In this document: one piece after another, positions 9,381-19,826 of the stretch | Position numbering within the stretch: the first letter of the stretch is position 1 | Layout of the letters: each line of letters begins with the position of its first letter | NCBI GenBank assembly: GCA_963665665.1 | Contig: OY762428.1 | Coordinates: 4,512,001-4,576,000, forward strand | DNA: 64,000 bases | Reading direction: 5' to 3' | Source: Candidatus Kapaibacterium sp. | GTDB taxonomy: Bacteria; Bacteroidota; Ignavibacteria; Kapaibacteriales; UBA2268 | Translations under genes and position numbers: made by a program | The notes under the pieces: generated by a model | Told to the model about the DNA's origin: nothing | Seen by the model: only the letters and a program-made list of their open reading frames with translations | The model's database searches: none

Positions 9381-11035
9381 TTAAGAAGTTAATAATATTG
9401 CCAATATTTCTATGTGCATTTTTACATCTGAATGCACAGGTGGAACATGTGCCCGTATCTAATCCGGTATATGAATTTTTAATCCATGCAGAATTGCGTG
9501 GGATGCTCCCACATTTTTCATCATCGGACCTTCCCTTGAGTAAAATGGAAATTGTTTCTGCTCTTGAAAAATTACGTGATAAAGAATCAGAATTATCTTC
9601 CCAACAAAAAAGTCTGTTAGACAAATTTGAGCGTGAATTTGGAATAGTCCTTAGTGATAGAGCTGTGGTTTTTTATAGCCCGAGTGATTCCATTCAGGTT
9701 TTGTCTTCAAGAATGTTATCTGATAGTGAAAAATCAATATATCATTTTTCTGATTCAAATAACAATGTTAGTATCGACCCATTAGCATCCTTTGAATATT
9801 ATATGGTTGACGACAAAAGTGATAATAATGGAAACGTAACAATGGGTAATCTGGGGGTAAGAGTTTACGGGACACTTGGCGGCAGAGTAGGATATTTCCT
9901 TCAGGCAACCAATGGTTCGGTATTCGGCGGCAACAGGGAGACAGCTCTTCAGGATGCTTACCTCAGGAAAAATATAAAATTCGCTTCGCTTGCAAGTGAT
10001 TTTGATTTTACCGAATCGCATATTAGATTTCAATATGACTGGTTTTATGGTGGAATAGGCAGAGAAACCCGGTTGATGGGATCGGGTTTAAGCCAGCGTT
10101 TATTCTTGTCTGATAATGCAGTACCATTTGATGCTTTGTTCCTGGGTGCAGAGTTTAAGAACTTCGAGTATAAATTTATCCATGGAAGTCTTGTAGGCCA
10201 GCCTGTAAGCAGTCAGAACGTTGGATTTACTACTGTTATTCCCGAGAAATATATTGCCATACACCGTTTCGCTTTAAAGCCTGAGTGGGGGGAGATAGCT
10301 TTCTGGGAGAATATTGTTTACTCGGACAGAAACCCTGACCTTGCTTACCTTAATCCGCTTAGTTTCTACAAATCTCTTGAACATGCCTTGCGGGACAGGG
10401 ATAATTCCATAATGGGCGGAGATATCACAGTCAGGCCTTTAAAAGGTTTGCAGATAAAAGGCTCTTACCTGCTGGATGATATTATTTTCTCAAAGATCGG
10501 AACTGGATACTGGAGTAATAAAAGCGCCTGGAATATTGGGGCACAATATGCAGTTTTGCCTGATATTGATTTTGGATACGAATATGCACGTGTGGAACCA
10601 TATACATTCTCACATTTTAACAGCCAGAACAATATGACAAATGACTCATTGCTCTATGGGTCCTATTTATTGCCCAATTCTGACAGGCATCTGATTAAAA
10701 TTGACTGGTTCTACGGGCAAAGATATCCGCTTACTCTGACAATTGGATATACTCGTCACGGAAACAATATATACAGCGGGGATTCCCTGATATACAATGC
10801 CGGAGGTGATCCCGGACAGACCAGAAGGGGAGCCCTGCCGGGAACAGGATTTGATGGAGACCCGCTTACGATAGAATTCCTTACCGGAGATTTAATTGAA
10901 ACTTTATCTATCGAGATTGAAGCAGGATATGAAATTGTCCGCGGGTTCAATATCCATGCTTATTATGCTTTTATCCGTCAAAATGAAGAAAACGGACATA
11001 AGGCTAAATTGACCTTGAGATATAACGATTTCTGA
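9377..11035 (+). CDS. Capsule assembly Wzi-family outer-membrane protein
   Basis: Signal peptide, 'LFLSDNAVPFD', 'HR', 'YLNP', beta-barrel character with terminal Phe; polysaccharide locus context. Confidence 0.7.
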   Translation: MIKKLIILPIFLCAFLHLNAQVEHVPVSNPVYEFLIHAELRGMLPHFSSSDLPLSKMEIVSALEKLRDKESELSSQQKSLLDKFEREFGIVLSDRAVVFYSPSDSIQVLSSRMLSDSEKSIYHFSDSNNNVSIDPLASFEYYMVDDKSDNNGNVTMGNLGVRVYGTLGGRVGYFLQATNGSVFGGNRETALQDAYLRKNIKFASLASDFDFTESHIRFQYDWFYGGIGRETRLMGSGLSQRLFLSDNAVPFDALFLGAEFKNFEYKFIHGSLVGQPVSSQNVGFTTVIPEKYIAIHRFALKPEWGEIAFWENIVYSDRNPDLAYLNPLSFYKSLEHALRDRDNSIMGGDITVRPLKGLQIKGSYLLDDIIFSKIGTGYWSNKSAWNIGAQYAVLPDIDFGYEYARVEPYTFSHFNSQNNMTNDSLLYGSYLLPNSDRHLIKIDWFYGQRYPLTLTIGYTRHGNNIYSGDSLIYNAGGDPGQTRRGALPGTGFDGDPLTIEFLTGDLIETLSIEIEAGYEIVRGFNIHAYYAFIRQNEENGHKAKLTLRYNDF

Positions 11036-11037
11036 TT

Positions 11038-12534
11038 TTGTTTAATGGGAAATACAGAAGTATGAACTTGTTAATTAAAGAAATAAAGAAATTCAGCGAA
11101 ACTGATTACAATGATTACAGGCCCTCCAATGTGAAGAAAACTCTGTTGTCACCATTTTTTCAGTTAGTAGCAGACTTGTTTTCAATTTTAATCACTTATA
11201 CAGCTCAGTTTCTAATTATATACAAATCGGATTTTGTCAGGGTAAGTACCGAACCTGATTTCGGAGCATTTATTTTTACAGGGATAGTTTTTTCTGTATA
11301 CTGGCTTACTCTGTTGTTTTTCTCAGGAATGTATAAAAATTGGTATATACGTTCACCATTCGATGAGATATTTTCAATAATTAAGGTCACTTTTATTGGC
11401 ATGGCGCTGATTGTTTTAATAGTGTTAATCAATACCAATGAAGCACCGCGTTATCTTTTCATGATTTATTATCCAATCTTTACTTTTGTAATGATCCTGA
11501 ACAGGACAATTGCAAGAAGATTGCAAAAGGCATTAAGAGTCAGGAAAGTTATTGCAATATCTTCTCTGATAATTGGATCTGCTGACAGGTCGAAAAGCCT
11601 GCTTAAAGAAATTGGAAAATGCCCGGCCTGGGGGTTTAAACCGGTAGGAATAGTTGCTACTGACAGGTGTATTGCAAGGGACGAAATCGATGATGACAGA
11701 ATATTTCTTTTTCATTGCGATGACGGCCTTGAACAAATTCTTGATAATCTAAAACCGGAAGAAGTATTGATCACAACCGACCGTGCTGACCACCAGGAAT
11801 TAATGAAAATTGTATCAACAGCAGCAGACAGAAATATTATTGTAAAGATAAAACCGGATATTTATAATATTTTTACCGGACAGACCAAAACCTTGCATAT
11901 TTACGGTATACCTCTTATCGAGATTAGCACGCAGCTTCTGAAACCCTGGCAGGAAGCTCTTAAAAGACTAATAGATATTTGTTTCAGCGGTGCTGTTCTG
12001 GTTTTTGGGCTGCCTTTGTGGCTGCTTGTTGCTATAATTATTAAAATTGAATCCAGAGGCCCTGTGTTCTATAAGCAACCAAGAGTAGGCAAGAACAACA
12101 AGGTATTTCAGATATATAAATACAGATCCATGGTTCAGGATGCAGACAAGCAAAAACAAAAGTGGACATCTGTAAATGATCCGCGTGTTACAAAATTTGG
12201 AAAGTTTATCCGAAAAACTCACCTGGATGAAATTCCACAGTTCTGGAATGTACTGAAAGGGGAGATGTCTATTGTCGGGCCTCGTCCGGAACAGCCTCAA
12301 TACGTGAAGCAATTCGCAGCTGAAATACCCTATTACATGCGTCGGCTAAAGGTCAGGCCGGGTATTACCGGGTGGTGGCAGGTAAAATACGGGCCGCACG
12401 TTCTGGACAATGAAGAAATTCAGAACCGATTAAAGGATGATTTTTATTATATTGAAAATATGTCGTTGCAGCTTGATATTGAAATTATTATTCGCACGGT
12501 ATGGGTTGTATTTAAGGGGCACGGCCAGGCTTAG
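11038..12534 (+). CDS. Priming undecaprenyl-phosphate sugar phosphotransferase (WcaJ/WbaP-like)
   Basis: N-terminal TMs, then KRLIDI...YKYRSM, DPRVT, LDEIPQFWNVLKGEMSIVGPRPE and VRPGITGWWQV. Start may be ATG 11062. Confidence 0.92.
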   Translation: MFNGKYRSMNLLIKEIKKFSETDYNDYRPSNVKKTLLSPFFQLVADLFSILITYTAQFLIIYKSDFVRVSTEPDFGAFIFTGIVFSVYWLTLLFFSGMYKNWYIRSPFDEIFSIIKVTFIGMALIVLIVLINTNEAPRYLFMIYYPIFTFVMILNRTIARRLQKALRVRKVIAISSLIIGSADRSKSLLKEIGKCPAWGFKPVGIVATDRCIARDEIDDDRIFLFHCDDGLEQILDNLKPEEVLITTDRADHQELMKIVSTAADRNIIVKIKPDIYNIFTGQTKTLHIYGIPLIEISTQLLKPWQEALKRLIDICFSGAVLVFGLPLWLLVAIIIKIESRGPVFYKQPRVGKNNKVFQIYKYRSMVQDADKQKQKWTSVNDPRVTKFGKFIRKTHLDEIPQFWNVLKGEMSIVGPRPEQPQYVKQFAAEIPYYMRRLKVRPGITGWWQVKYGPHVLDNEEIQNRLKDDFYYIENMSLQLDIEIIIRTVWVVFKGHGQA

Positions 12535-12605
12535 TTGTAACTTTTACCGTATTTGATACGTTATTTTTGAAATCATTATTTACATGAATTTTTCAAGATT
12601 TTTTT

Positions 12606-13331
12606 ATGAATGCTATAGTTATTATCCCGACCTATAATGAAAAAGAGAATATTTCGCAAATAATATCAGCAATCAATGAAGTTGACAGCAAGGTTCATAT
12701 ATTGGTCGTTGATGATAATTCTCCCGACGGAACTGCCGATATTGTAAAAAATATTATGAAAAGTGACGATAGAGTGCATATTCTGGAACGTCCGGGTAAA
12801 ATGGGTCTTGGTACAGCCTATTGCGATGGTTTTGCCTATGCTCTTGAAAATGGATTTGAAGCTGTTTTCGAAATGGATGCTGATTTTTCTCACGACCCTA
12901 AGGAAATACCCAATTTCCTGAAAGAAATTGAAAAAAATGACCTTGTTATCGGTTCGCGATATAAGACGGGAGTGAACGTAGTAAACTGGCCGCTCAGAAG
13001 GCTTATTCTAAGCTACGGTGCTAATGTTTATACCAGAATTATTACAGGAATGCCGATCAAAGATGCAACAGGCGGCTTCAAATGCTTCAGAGCTTCTGCC
13101 CTTAAAGATATTGACCTTAAAGCAATACATTCCAATGGTTACGGCTTCCAGATCGAAATGAACTACAGAATGTGGAAGAACGGAGCCAGAATTTCAGAAA
13201 TTCCGATAATTTTCATCGACCGCAGGAGCGGGGTTTCCAAGATGAATAAAAATATTATCATCGAGGCCATTTTTCTTGTTTGGAAATTGAAACTGGGCTT
13301 ATGGAAGGGAAAGAACAAGAAAAAAAATTAA
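12606..13331 (+). CDS. GT2 polyprenol-monophosphomannose synthase-like glycosyltransferase
   Basis: IIPTYNEKENI, VDDNSPDGT, MDADFSH, GSRY, DATGGF. Confidence 0.88.
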   Translation: MNAIVIIPTYNEKENISQIISAINEVDSKVHILVVDDNSPDGTADIVKNIMKSDDRVHILERPGKMGLGTAYCDGFAYALENGFEAVFEMDADFSHDPKEIPNFLKEIEKNDLVIGSRYKTGVNVVNWPLRRLILSYGANVYTRIITGMPIKDATGGFKCFRASALKDIDLKAIHSNGYGFQIEMNYRMWKNGARISEIPIIFIDRRSGVSKMNKNIIIEAIFLVWKLKLGLWKGKNKKKN

Positions 13332-13366
13332 AATTAAAAAAAAATTTAACAAATGAAAAAAAATCC

Positions 13367-13397
13367 TTTGTAGAATTGTGAATTGTTCTTATTTTTG
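13367..13397 (+). promoter_or_regulatory. Bacteroidetes-type -33/-7 promoter for the tRNA-Ala/Asp cluster
   Basis: TTTG-N19-TATTTTTG matches the TTTG-N19-21-TAnnTTTG consensus. Confidence 0.6.
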
Positions 13398-13429
13398 TAT
13401 CTCTGCTTTCGGGCAGCTTGATAACAGAA

Positions 13430-13502
<73 letters not shown>

Positions 13503-13521
13503 CGTTAATTGAAAATTTTAT

Positions 13522-13596
13522 GGGGTCGTAGCTCAGCCTGGTTAGAGCGCCAGTCTGTCACACTGGAGGTCGCGAGTTCAAGTCCCGTCGGCCCCG
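13522..13596 (+). tRNA. tRNA-Asp(GTC), copy 1
   Basis: Acceptor GGGGTCG/CGGCCCC; anticodon arm CCAGT-CTGTCAC-ACTGG; discriminator G. Confidence 0.95.
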
Positions 13597-13701
13597 CGAA
13601 ATAAGGGGAACCTTGGTTCCCCTGAATTTCGAAAAAAAAACTTTGAAAATTGAAAAAAAGAGTTTATATTCGCATCGCGAATTCAGAGGAAAACTTTAAA
13701 A

Positions 13702-13776
13702 GGGGTCGTAGCTCAGCCTGGTTAGAGCGCCAGTCTGTCACACTGGAGGTCGCGAGTTCAAGTCCCGTCGGCCCCG
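13702..13776 (+). tRNA. tRNA-Asp(GTC), copy 2
   Basis: Identical to 13522-13596, 180 bp downstream. Confidence 0.95.
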
Positions 13777-13779
13777 CAG

Positions 13780-13816
13780 AAAAAGAGGTAAGCAAATTTT
13801 GCTTTCCTCTTTTTTT
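13780..13816 (+). terminator. Rho-independent terminator after tRNA-Asp copy 2
   Basis: AAAAGAGG-t-AAGC...GCTTTCCTCTTTT hairpin followed by a T-run. Confidence 0.6.
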
Positions 13817-13931
13817 ATATTTAAAATCATCTTATGATTTAGAATTAATTCATCAATTTCGTAATTTTGTTGCTTTGGCTTCTGGCCGATAAATATTTTA
13901 AATGAAAGAAATTATTTTAACATAACAGGTA

Positions 13932-15356
13932 ATGAAAATGTATAAACTGGAAACAATTATTTCTCTTGCAAAAAGAAGAGGATTTATCTTTCAATCATCA
14001 GAAATATATGGCGGACTGAACGGCTGTTGGGATTTTGGGCCGCTTGGAGTTGAACTGCTTAAAAATATAAAAGAATCCTGGTGGAAGGAAATGACATTCA
14101 GGACTGATGTTGAAGGAGTTGATGCTGCAATACTTATGCACCCCCGAACATGGGATGCCAGCGGCCATACTTCAAAATTCAGCGATCCCATGATAGACAA
14201 CAAAACAAGTAAAGCAAGGCACAGGGCGGATACTCTGATTGAAGAATTTATTGCCAAGCTGAGAAAAAAGAAAAAAACAAACAAGGCTGATGAACTTGAA
14301 GCTGATCTGGCAAAAGCTGAAAAACCGTCGGATTACTATGATATTATTATGAAATGGGAAATAAAGGATCCTGTTTCAGGAACTATGGAATGGACAGAGG
14401 TAAGGAACTTCAACCTGATGTTCAAAACATTTGTCGGCCCTGTTGAAGATACCGGAAGTACTGTTTACCTGCGGCCCGAATCAGCTCAGGGTATTTTCGT
14501 GAATTTCAAGAATGTCCTGGACACAACACGGCAGAAAATTCCTTTTGGAATAGCACAGATCGGCAAGGCATTCAGAAATGAAATTAACACTAAGAATTTT
14601 CTTTTTCGTACCAGGGAATTTGAACAAATGGAAATGCAATACTTTGTGAAGCCCGGGGAAGAAAAAGAATGGTTTGAATACTGGAAAGAAAAAAGGTGGA
14701 ATTGGTATATCTCACTTGGAATGAATGAAGAAAATCTTAAATTCAAGGATCACGACAAACTTGCTCACTATGCTAATATGGCTACTGATATTGAATTCCG
14801 CTTCCCATTCGGTTTTGGTGAAATTGAAGGTATTCATTCCAGGACAGATTACGACCTTAGTGCACACCAGGAATTTTCCGGCAAGAAGATGGAATATGTT
14901 GATACGGTAAACAAAGAACGCTATGTGCCTTATGTTGTTGAAACATCAGGCGGAGTAACACGTTCCCTTATGGCATTCCTTTGCAGTGCTTACGAAGAGG
15001 AAGAAGTTGTAAATGATAAAGGCAAATCTGAAAAACGTACTGTTATGCATTTTCATCCGCAGTTAGCCCCGATAACTGTTGCTGTTTTTCCCCTTGTAAA
15101 TAAAGACGGGATGCCGGAAAAAGCAATGGAATTATTCCAGGGCCTGCAAAAGTATTTTAAAGCTCAGTACGACACATCCGGTGCAATAGGAAGGCGTTAC
15201 CGCCGTCAGGATGAAATAGGAACACCGTTCTGTATAACGATAGACGGACAGACTCTTGAAGACAATACTGTAACTATCCGGGAACGTGATTCAATGCAGC
15301 AGGAAAGGGTAAATATTGACAGCGTACGAAATTATATTCAGGACAGAATGTATTAA
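13932..15356 (+). CDS. glyQS: Glycyl-tRNA synthetase, alpha2 (eukaryote/archaea-like) type
   Basis: AKRRGF...SSEIYGG, LRPESAQGIF, GKAFRNEI, FRTREFEQME, IGRRYRRQDEIGTP. Confidence 0.95.
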   Translation: MKMYKLETIISLAKRRGFIFQSSEIYGGLNGCWDFGPLGVELLKNIKESWWKEMTFRTDVEGVDAAILMHPRTWDASGHTSKFSDPMIDNKTSKARHRADTLIEEFIAKLRKKKKTNKADELEADLAKAEKPSDYYDIIMKWEIKDPVSGTMEWTEVRNFNLMFKTFVGPVEDTGSTVYLRPESAQGIFVNFKNVLDTTRQKIPFGIAQIGKAFRNEINTKNFLFRTREFEQMEMQYFVKPGEEKEWFEYWKEKRWNWYISLGMNEENLKFKDHDKLAHYANMATDIEFRFPFGFGEIEGIHSRTDYDLSAHQEFSGKKMEYVDTVNKERYVPYVVETSGGVTRSLMAFLCSAYEEEEVVNDKGKSEKRTVMHFHPQLAPITVAVFPLVNKDGMPEKAMELFQGLQKYFKAQYDTSGAIGRRYRRQDEIGTPFCITIDGQTLEDNTVTIRERDSMQQERVNIDSVRNYIQDRMY

Positions 15357-15363
15357 AGATATT

Positions 15364-15388
15364 GCCCCGTAAATCGGGGCATTTTTTT
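15364..15388 (+). terminator. Rho-independent terminator after glyQS
   Basis: GCCCCG-taaat-CGGGGC followed by a T-run. Confidence 0.7.
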
Positions 15389-15411
15389 AACAGATAATAA
15401 TCGGTGGGCAA

Positions 15412-17070
15412 ATGATTCGAAACAGGAAAACCCTTATTGGCATAATAATATTTATATCCGTTGTAGTTAGTGGTTTTACCGGTTCATACTTATTCAAAAT
15501 TAATAAATCTTTCGAAATTTTCGGAGCTGTTTTCAGAGAGATATCGGCTAATTATGTTGATGAAGTTGATCCGGAACAGCTTGTTGATTATGCACTCGAC
15601 GGAATGCTTGAAAAACTTGACCCATATACCGTTTATTACGACGAAGAAGCTTCTGATGATGTAAATTATCTTGTTAAGGGTTCCTATATCGGGCTTGGTA
15701 TTACGATTGGCAGAATGGACAGTATGCTGACTATTCTTGAAGTAGTTGACGGCTATCCTGCCAGCAATGCCGGTATTAGGATTGGTGATAAAATTTTTGA
15801 AGTTGACGGCCACAGAGTTTTGAACATGAAAGTGGATAAACTTCGGAAATACACCCGGGGAGATATTGGAACCTCCATGGTTATGAAAGTTCTGCGGGAA
15901 AAGGATACTCTAACGAAAAACCTGAAGCGCGGACAAATTAAAATTTCTAACGTATCATATTCGGATTTGCTATTTAATGATTTTGCTTATATAAAGATTG
16001 AAAGATTCAGCAAAACTACAGCCGAAGAACTAAGGTTGGCTCTAAACAGAATCAAGAGCCGTTCCAATATTAATGGGATTATTCTTGATCTTCGTGATAA
16101 TCCCGGAGGCTTGCTACAAGCGGCTGTATCAGTTTGTGAAATTTTTCTTCCGAAAGGATCCAAAATAGTAACCACAAAGGGTAGAAAGAATAGCAGTGAG
16201 TTTACTTATCGATCTGTTCTGGATCCAATGGAACCGGATCTGCCACTTGCAGTACTGATAAATAAGCGCAGCGCCAGTGCAAGCGAGATTGTTGCCGGCG
16301 CTATTCAGGATCTGGACAGAGGTATTGTAATAGGGGAGAGATCCTTCGGTAAAGGTCTGGTACAAAGTGTGATTGATCTTCCATATAAAACAAATTTGAA
16401 AATGACTACTGCCAAATACTACACACCTTCAGGAAGATGTATACAGAAACTGGATTATTCCACTGTAAGGCATGGTAGTGATAAAGCTGGAAGAACTCAC
16501 GACACTTCTGATTTTTATACAATGAATGGCAGGCCTGTAAATGCTTCGAATGGGATAAAACCTGATATTTGTATCGATAGCGCAGGAACTTCAAAATTTA
16601 TTGATAATCTAAAGAAAAAGTTTATGTTCTTTAAGTATGCAAATTCATACAGCGCAAAACTGGACAGCCTTCCGGATGATTTTGCTGTAGATAATGAAAT
16701 GCTTGAAGATTTTAGTCGTTTTACCCTGGATAATAAGGAGTTTCAATATCAGACCGAAATGATAACACAAATAAAAAATGCAAGAAAAATTGCCAGGGAT
16801 GAAAGACTTTCTGATAATATTTTAAATGATATTAGTCTACTTGAGAAAAAAATTGCTGTTGAAGAAGAAAAGATAATTTTTAAATATAAAGCTGAAATAT
16901 CTGAAATCCTGGAAGAAGAGATAAAATCACGTTTTCTTTCTCAGATACAGATGACGGAACTTTCTTTATCCGATGACGAGTTTATCACTTTGGCTGCCAA
17001 GACTTTAAGGTCTGCTAACTACGGGAAAATTCTCGCAAAAGGCCTGAAAGGAGAAAATGTTAATAATTAA
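15412..17070 (+). CDS. S41A carboxyl-terminal processing protease (PDZ + peptidase)
   Basis: LDPYT, LDLRDNPGG, SASASEIVAGAIQD, GKGLVQ, TAKYYTPSGR. Confidence 0.93.
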   Translation: MIRNRKTLIGIIIFISVVVSGFTGSYLFKINKSFEIFGAVFREISANYVDEVDPEQLVDYALDGMLEKLDPYTVYYDEEASDDVNYLVKGSYIGLGITIGRMDSMLTILEVVDGYPASNAGIRIGDKIFEVDGHRVLNMKVDKLRKYTRGDIGTSMVMKVLREKDTLTKNLKRGQIKISNVSYSDLLFNDFAYIKIERFSKTTAEELRLALNRIKSRSNINGIILDLRDNPGGLLQAAVSVCEIFLPKGSKIVTTKGRKNSSEFTYRSVLDPMEPDLPLAVLINKRSASASEIVAGAIQDLDRGIVIGERSFGKGLVQSVIDLPYKTNLKMTTAKYYTPSGRCIQKLDYSTVRHGSDKAGRTHDTSDFYTMNGRPVNASNGIKPDICIDSAGTSKFIDNLKKKFMFFKYANSYSAKLDSLPDDFAVDNEMLEDFSRFTLDNKEFQYQTEMITQIKNARKIARDERLSDNILNDISLLEKKIAVEEEKIIFKYKAEISEILEEEIKSRFLSQIQMTELSLSDDEFITLAAKTLRSANYGKILAKGLKGENVNN

Positions 17071-17199
17071 TTCAAGAAAATATTTGGAAAATATCACCAT
17101 TATTATTTCTTTGCAAGATTGAAATTGGCAATATTTGCGTAACAATATCGTCAATTACTCGTATTTTTGAATAGATCGGTTTATAAACAAGGGTCTCTT

Positions 17200-18060
17200 A
17201 TGAGAATAACCAAACAATACACAAATCGTGAGAGCCAGTCCCTCGACAAATATCTTCAGGAGATCGGCCGCGTTGAGCTGCTGCATCCGGAGGAAGAAGT
17301 CGATTTAGCGCAGAAGATTAAAAAAGGCGGATGGCAAGGCACAAGAGCACTGGAACGATTGGTAAAAGCTAACCTGCGCTTTGTGGTTTCTGTGGCAAAG
17401 CAATACCAGAACCAGGGGCTATCACTCGGCGATTTGATTAATGAAGGTAACCTCGGGCTTATCAAAGCTGCAAAAAGGTTTGATGAAACCCGTGGTTTCA
17501 AATTTATATCTTATGCTGTTTGGTGGATACGCCAATCAATCCTTCAGGCACTGGCAGAGCAGTCAAGGATTGTCAGGCTTCCATTGAACAGGGTAGGGGC
17601 TTTAAACAAAATTGGCAAGAAATTCAGCGAGCTGGAACAGGAATTCGAAAGAGAACCTACAGCGAGCGAACTTGCCGACCAGCTTAACATGACTGTTTCG
17701 GAAATTGCGGAAACAATTAAAATCTCCGGCCGGCATCTTTCTGTTGACGCTCCGTTTGTACAGGGCGAGGACAACAGGTTACTGGATGTATTGCCAAATG
17801 AACAACAGCCGCCGCCCGATTCGGAATTGATAAGGGAATCCTTAAGAGTTGAAGTCCAACAGGTTCTTACTACTCTGTCCCAAAGAGAAGCTGAAGTTAT
17901 TAAATTGTATTTTGGCCTTTCGGGGCAATGCCTTACACTTGAAGAAATTGGCGAGAAGTTCGGCCTTACACGCGAACGCGTACGCCAGATAAAAGAAAAA
18001 GCAATAAGGCGTTTAAGACATGCTTCCAGGTCAAAAGCTTTAAGAGCTTATCTCGGATAA
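17200..18060 (+). CDS. rpoD: Primary sigma-70 factor, short Bacteroidetes/Chlorobi type lacking region 1.1
   Basis: [64 protein letters not shown] 17200 is preferred over TTG 17167. Confidence 0.92.
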   Translation: MRITKQYTNRESQSLDKYLQEIGRVELLHPEEEVDLAQKIKKGGWQGTRALERLVKANLRFVVSVAKQYQNQGLSLGDLINEGNLGLIKAAKRFDETRGFKFISYAVWWIRQSILQALAEQSRIVRLPLNRVGALNKIGKKFSELEQEFEREPTASELADQLNMTVSEIAETIKISGRHLSVDAPFVQGEDNRLLDVLPNEQQPPPDSELIRESLRVEVQQVLTTLSQREAEVIKLYFGLSGQCLTLEEIGEKFGLTRERVRQIKEKAIRRLRHASRSKALRAYLG

Positions 18061-18087
18061 AAAAATTAAATACAAAAATGATAATAT

Positions 18088-18114
18088 TGCCCCGATAATA
18101 CCGGGGCTTTTTTT
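18088..18114 (+). terminator. Rho-independent terminator after rpoD
   Basis: GCCCCG...CGGGGC followed by a T-run. Confidence 0.7.
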
Positions 18115-18249
18115 ATGGCATTTTATTTGATAGCTCTTGTTTTGGAATGAAATTATTAATTTTTTTCTTATATTACTAAATAAGAATAAATTTGATGCTT
18201 TTAGAAGATAATTATATTGTTGTAAAGATTTGAATTTCCGGCAAAATTT

Positions 18250-19812
18250 ATGGCTGAAGATAATAACGATGTGAAAAAAACTTTTGATACCTATTCTCAG
18301 CTTCCGGTGTTTGTTATGATTCTGGATGTTGATAAGAATATTATATTTCTCAACCACATTGCAGAAGATTTATTTAATGATTCCGATTTCCAGGATGATT
18401 ATATCCCGATTGAACCCGTAGATGAATTTATTCAAAAACTTGATGAAACAATAAATACGGATCGTGTTTCGGATATTGAAATATCTATTCCCTCCAAATC
18501 GGGAAGCTATTCATACCTTGCAGCAAGTATTTCCAAAATTAAATATAATAAAGATGCAGATGGCATTCTGATTATTGGTTCGGACATGACTCATTTTCAT
18601 AACCTTAAGGCAGAAAGTGACAGCTTGATAGAAGACCTGCAAATATCAAGGGAAACAATTGTTCAGGATGCTTACCGTGCATTGGACCTGAATGACAAAT
18701 TGGCCGAATCCGAAGAAAAATTGAAACAAATGAATGCCACTAAGGACAAATTCTTTTCAATTATTGCTCACGATCTTAGAAATCCTGTGTCTGCTTTTAC
18801 CGAGCTTACTAATCTTCTTGCAAGTAAGGGAGAGGAAATGAGCAGTGAAGAGAGAATGGAATTTACACAGGATCTGAATAAATCTTCGAAGCAGATGTCC
18901 GCTTTGCTTGATAATTTACTTCAATGGGCAAGAGCACAGTCCGGCAGGATCGAGTTTAATCCCGATATTATTTATATTGATAAACTGGTTGAAAATATCT
19001 TTTACCTGCTAAAAGTAACAGCTGATAAAAAAAGGATTAAGCTGATAAACAGAGTACAGCCGGAAACTGTTGCGATAGGCGACGAAAATATGATCCATAC
19101 AGTTCTCAGGAATCTGATTTCCAACGCTATTAAATTTACGAATGCAAGAGGCCGGGTAACGATCAGTTCGGAAATTATTGATAAACAAGTGTATATATAT
19201 ATAGAAGATAACGGCGTTGGAATAAGAGAAGAGAACCTTGATACTTTGTTCAGGCCGGATGTTTATAATTCAACCAGGGGAACGAACAATGAAAAAGGTA
19301 CCGGGCTCGGTCTTCTGATCTGTAAAGAATTTATTGAAACAAACGGCGGTTCTGTTTGGGCAGAGAGCGAACTTGGGAATGGTACAAAATTTACTTTCAC
19401 TTTGAAGAAGGTAGATAATGTTGAACTGAAACAGGCAGAAAAAAATTATTTCGATACTACCTATGTTGACGACATCGAGGAAATTTCGGCGTTTTATGAA
19501 GAATCCTCGAAGAAATTATCTGTAGAAATATCCACAAAGGAAATGGAACTTTTACCAAGGGCTATTGAAGAACTTGAGTATAATTTTCTAAAAAAATGCA
19601 GTGAATTAAGAGAAACTTTATTAATATCCGAAATACAGGAATTTGCAAACGAACTCCGGGCCACGGCAGAAAAATATGATATTGAGGTTTTATCTGATTA
19701 TTGTGCAGGATTGAAAGAAAATTCGGATAGTTTTGAATTAGATGGTATATTGAAAGATTTGAACGAATTTCCGAAATTAATTGATAAACTAAAACAAATG
19801 TTAATGGCTTAG
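18250..19812 (+). CDS. Cytoplasmic PAS-domain sensor histidine kinase with a C-terminal helical (Hpt-like) extension
   Basis: PAS-like N-terminus, AHDLRNP H-box, NLISNAIKFT, DNGVG, GTGLGL; about 130-aa C-terminal helical tail. Confidence 0.88.
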   Translation: MAEDNNDVKKTFDTYSQLPVFVMILDVDKNIIFLNHIAEDLFNDSDFQDDYIPIEPVDEFIQKLDETINTDRVSDIEISIPSKSGSYSYLAASISKIKYNKDADGILIIGSDMTHFHNLKAESDSLIEDLQISRETIVQDAYRALDLNDKLAESEEKLKQMNATKDKFFSIIAHDLRNPVSAFTELTNLLASKGEEMSSEERMEFTQDLNKSSKQMSALLDNLLQWARAQSGRIEFNPDIIYIDKLVENIFYLLKVTADKKRIKLINRVQPETVAIGDENMIHTVLRNLISNAIKFTNARGRVTISSEIIDKQVYIYIEDNGVGIREENLDTLFRPDVYNSTRGTNNEKGTGLGLLICKEFIETNGGSVWAESELGNGTKFTFTLKKVDNVELKQAEKNYFDTTYVDDIEEISAFYEESSKKLSVEISTKEMELLPRAIEELEYNFLKKCSELRETLLISEIQEFANELRATAEKYDIEVLSDYCAGLKENSDSFELDGILKDLNEFPKLIDKLKQMLMA

Positions 19813-19826
19813 GGTTTTTTAATCAA

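Noticed and set aside
13650-13892. 80-aa ORF
   Set aside because: It overlaps tRNA-Asp copy 2 and its terminator.
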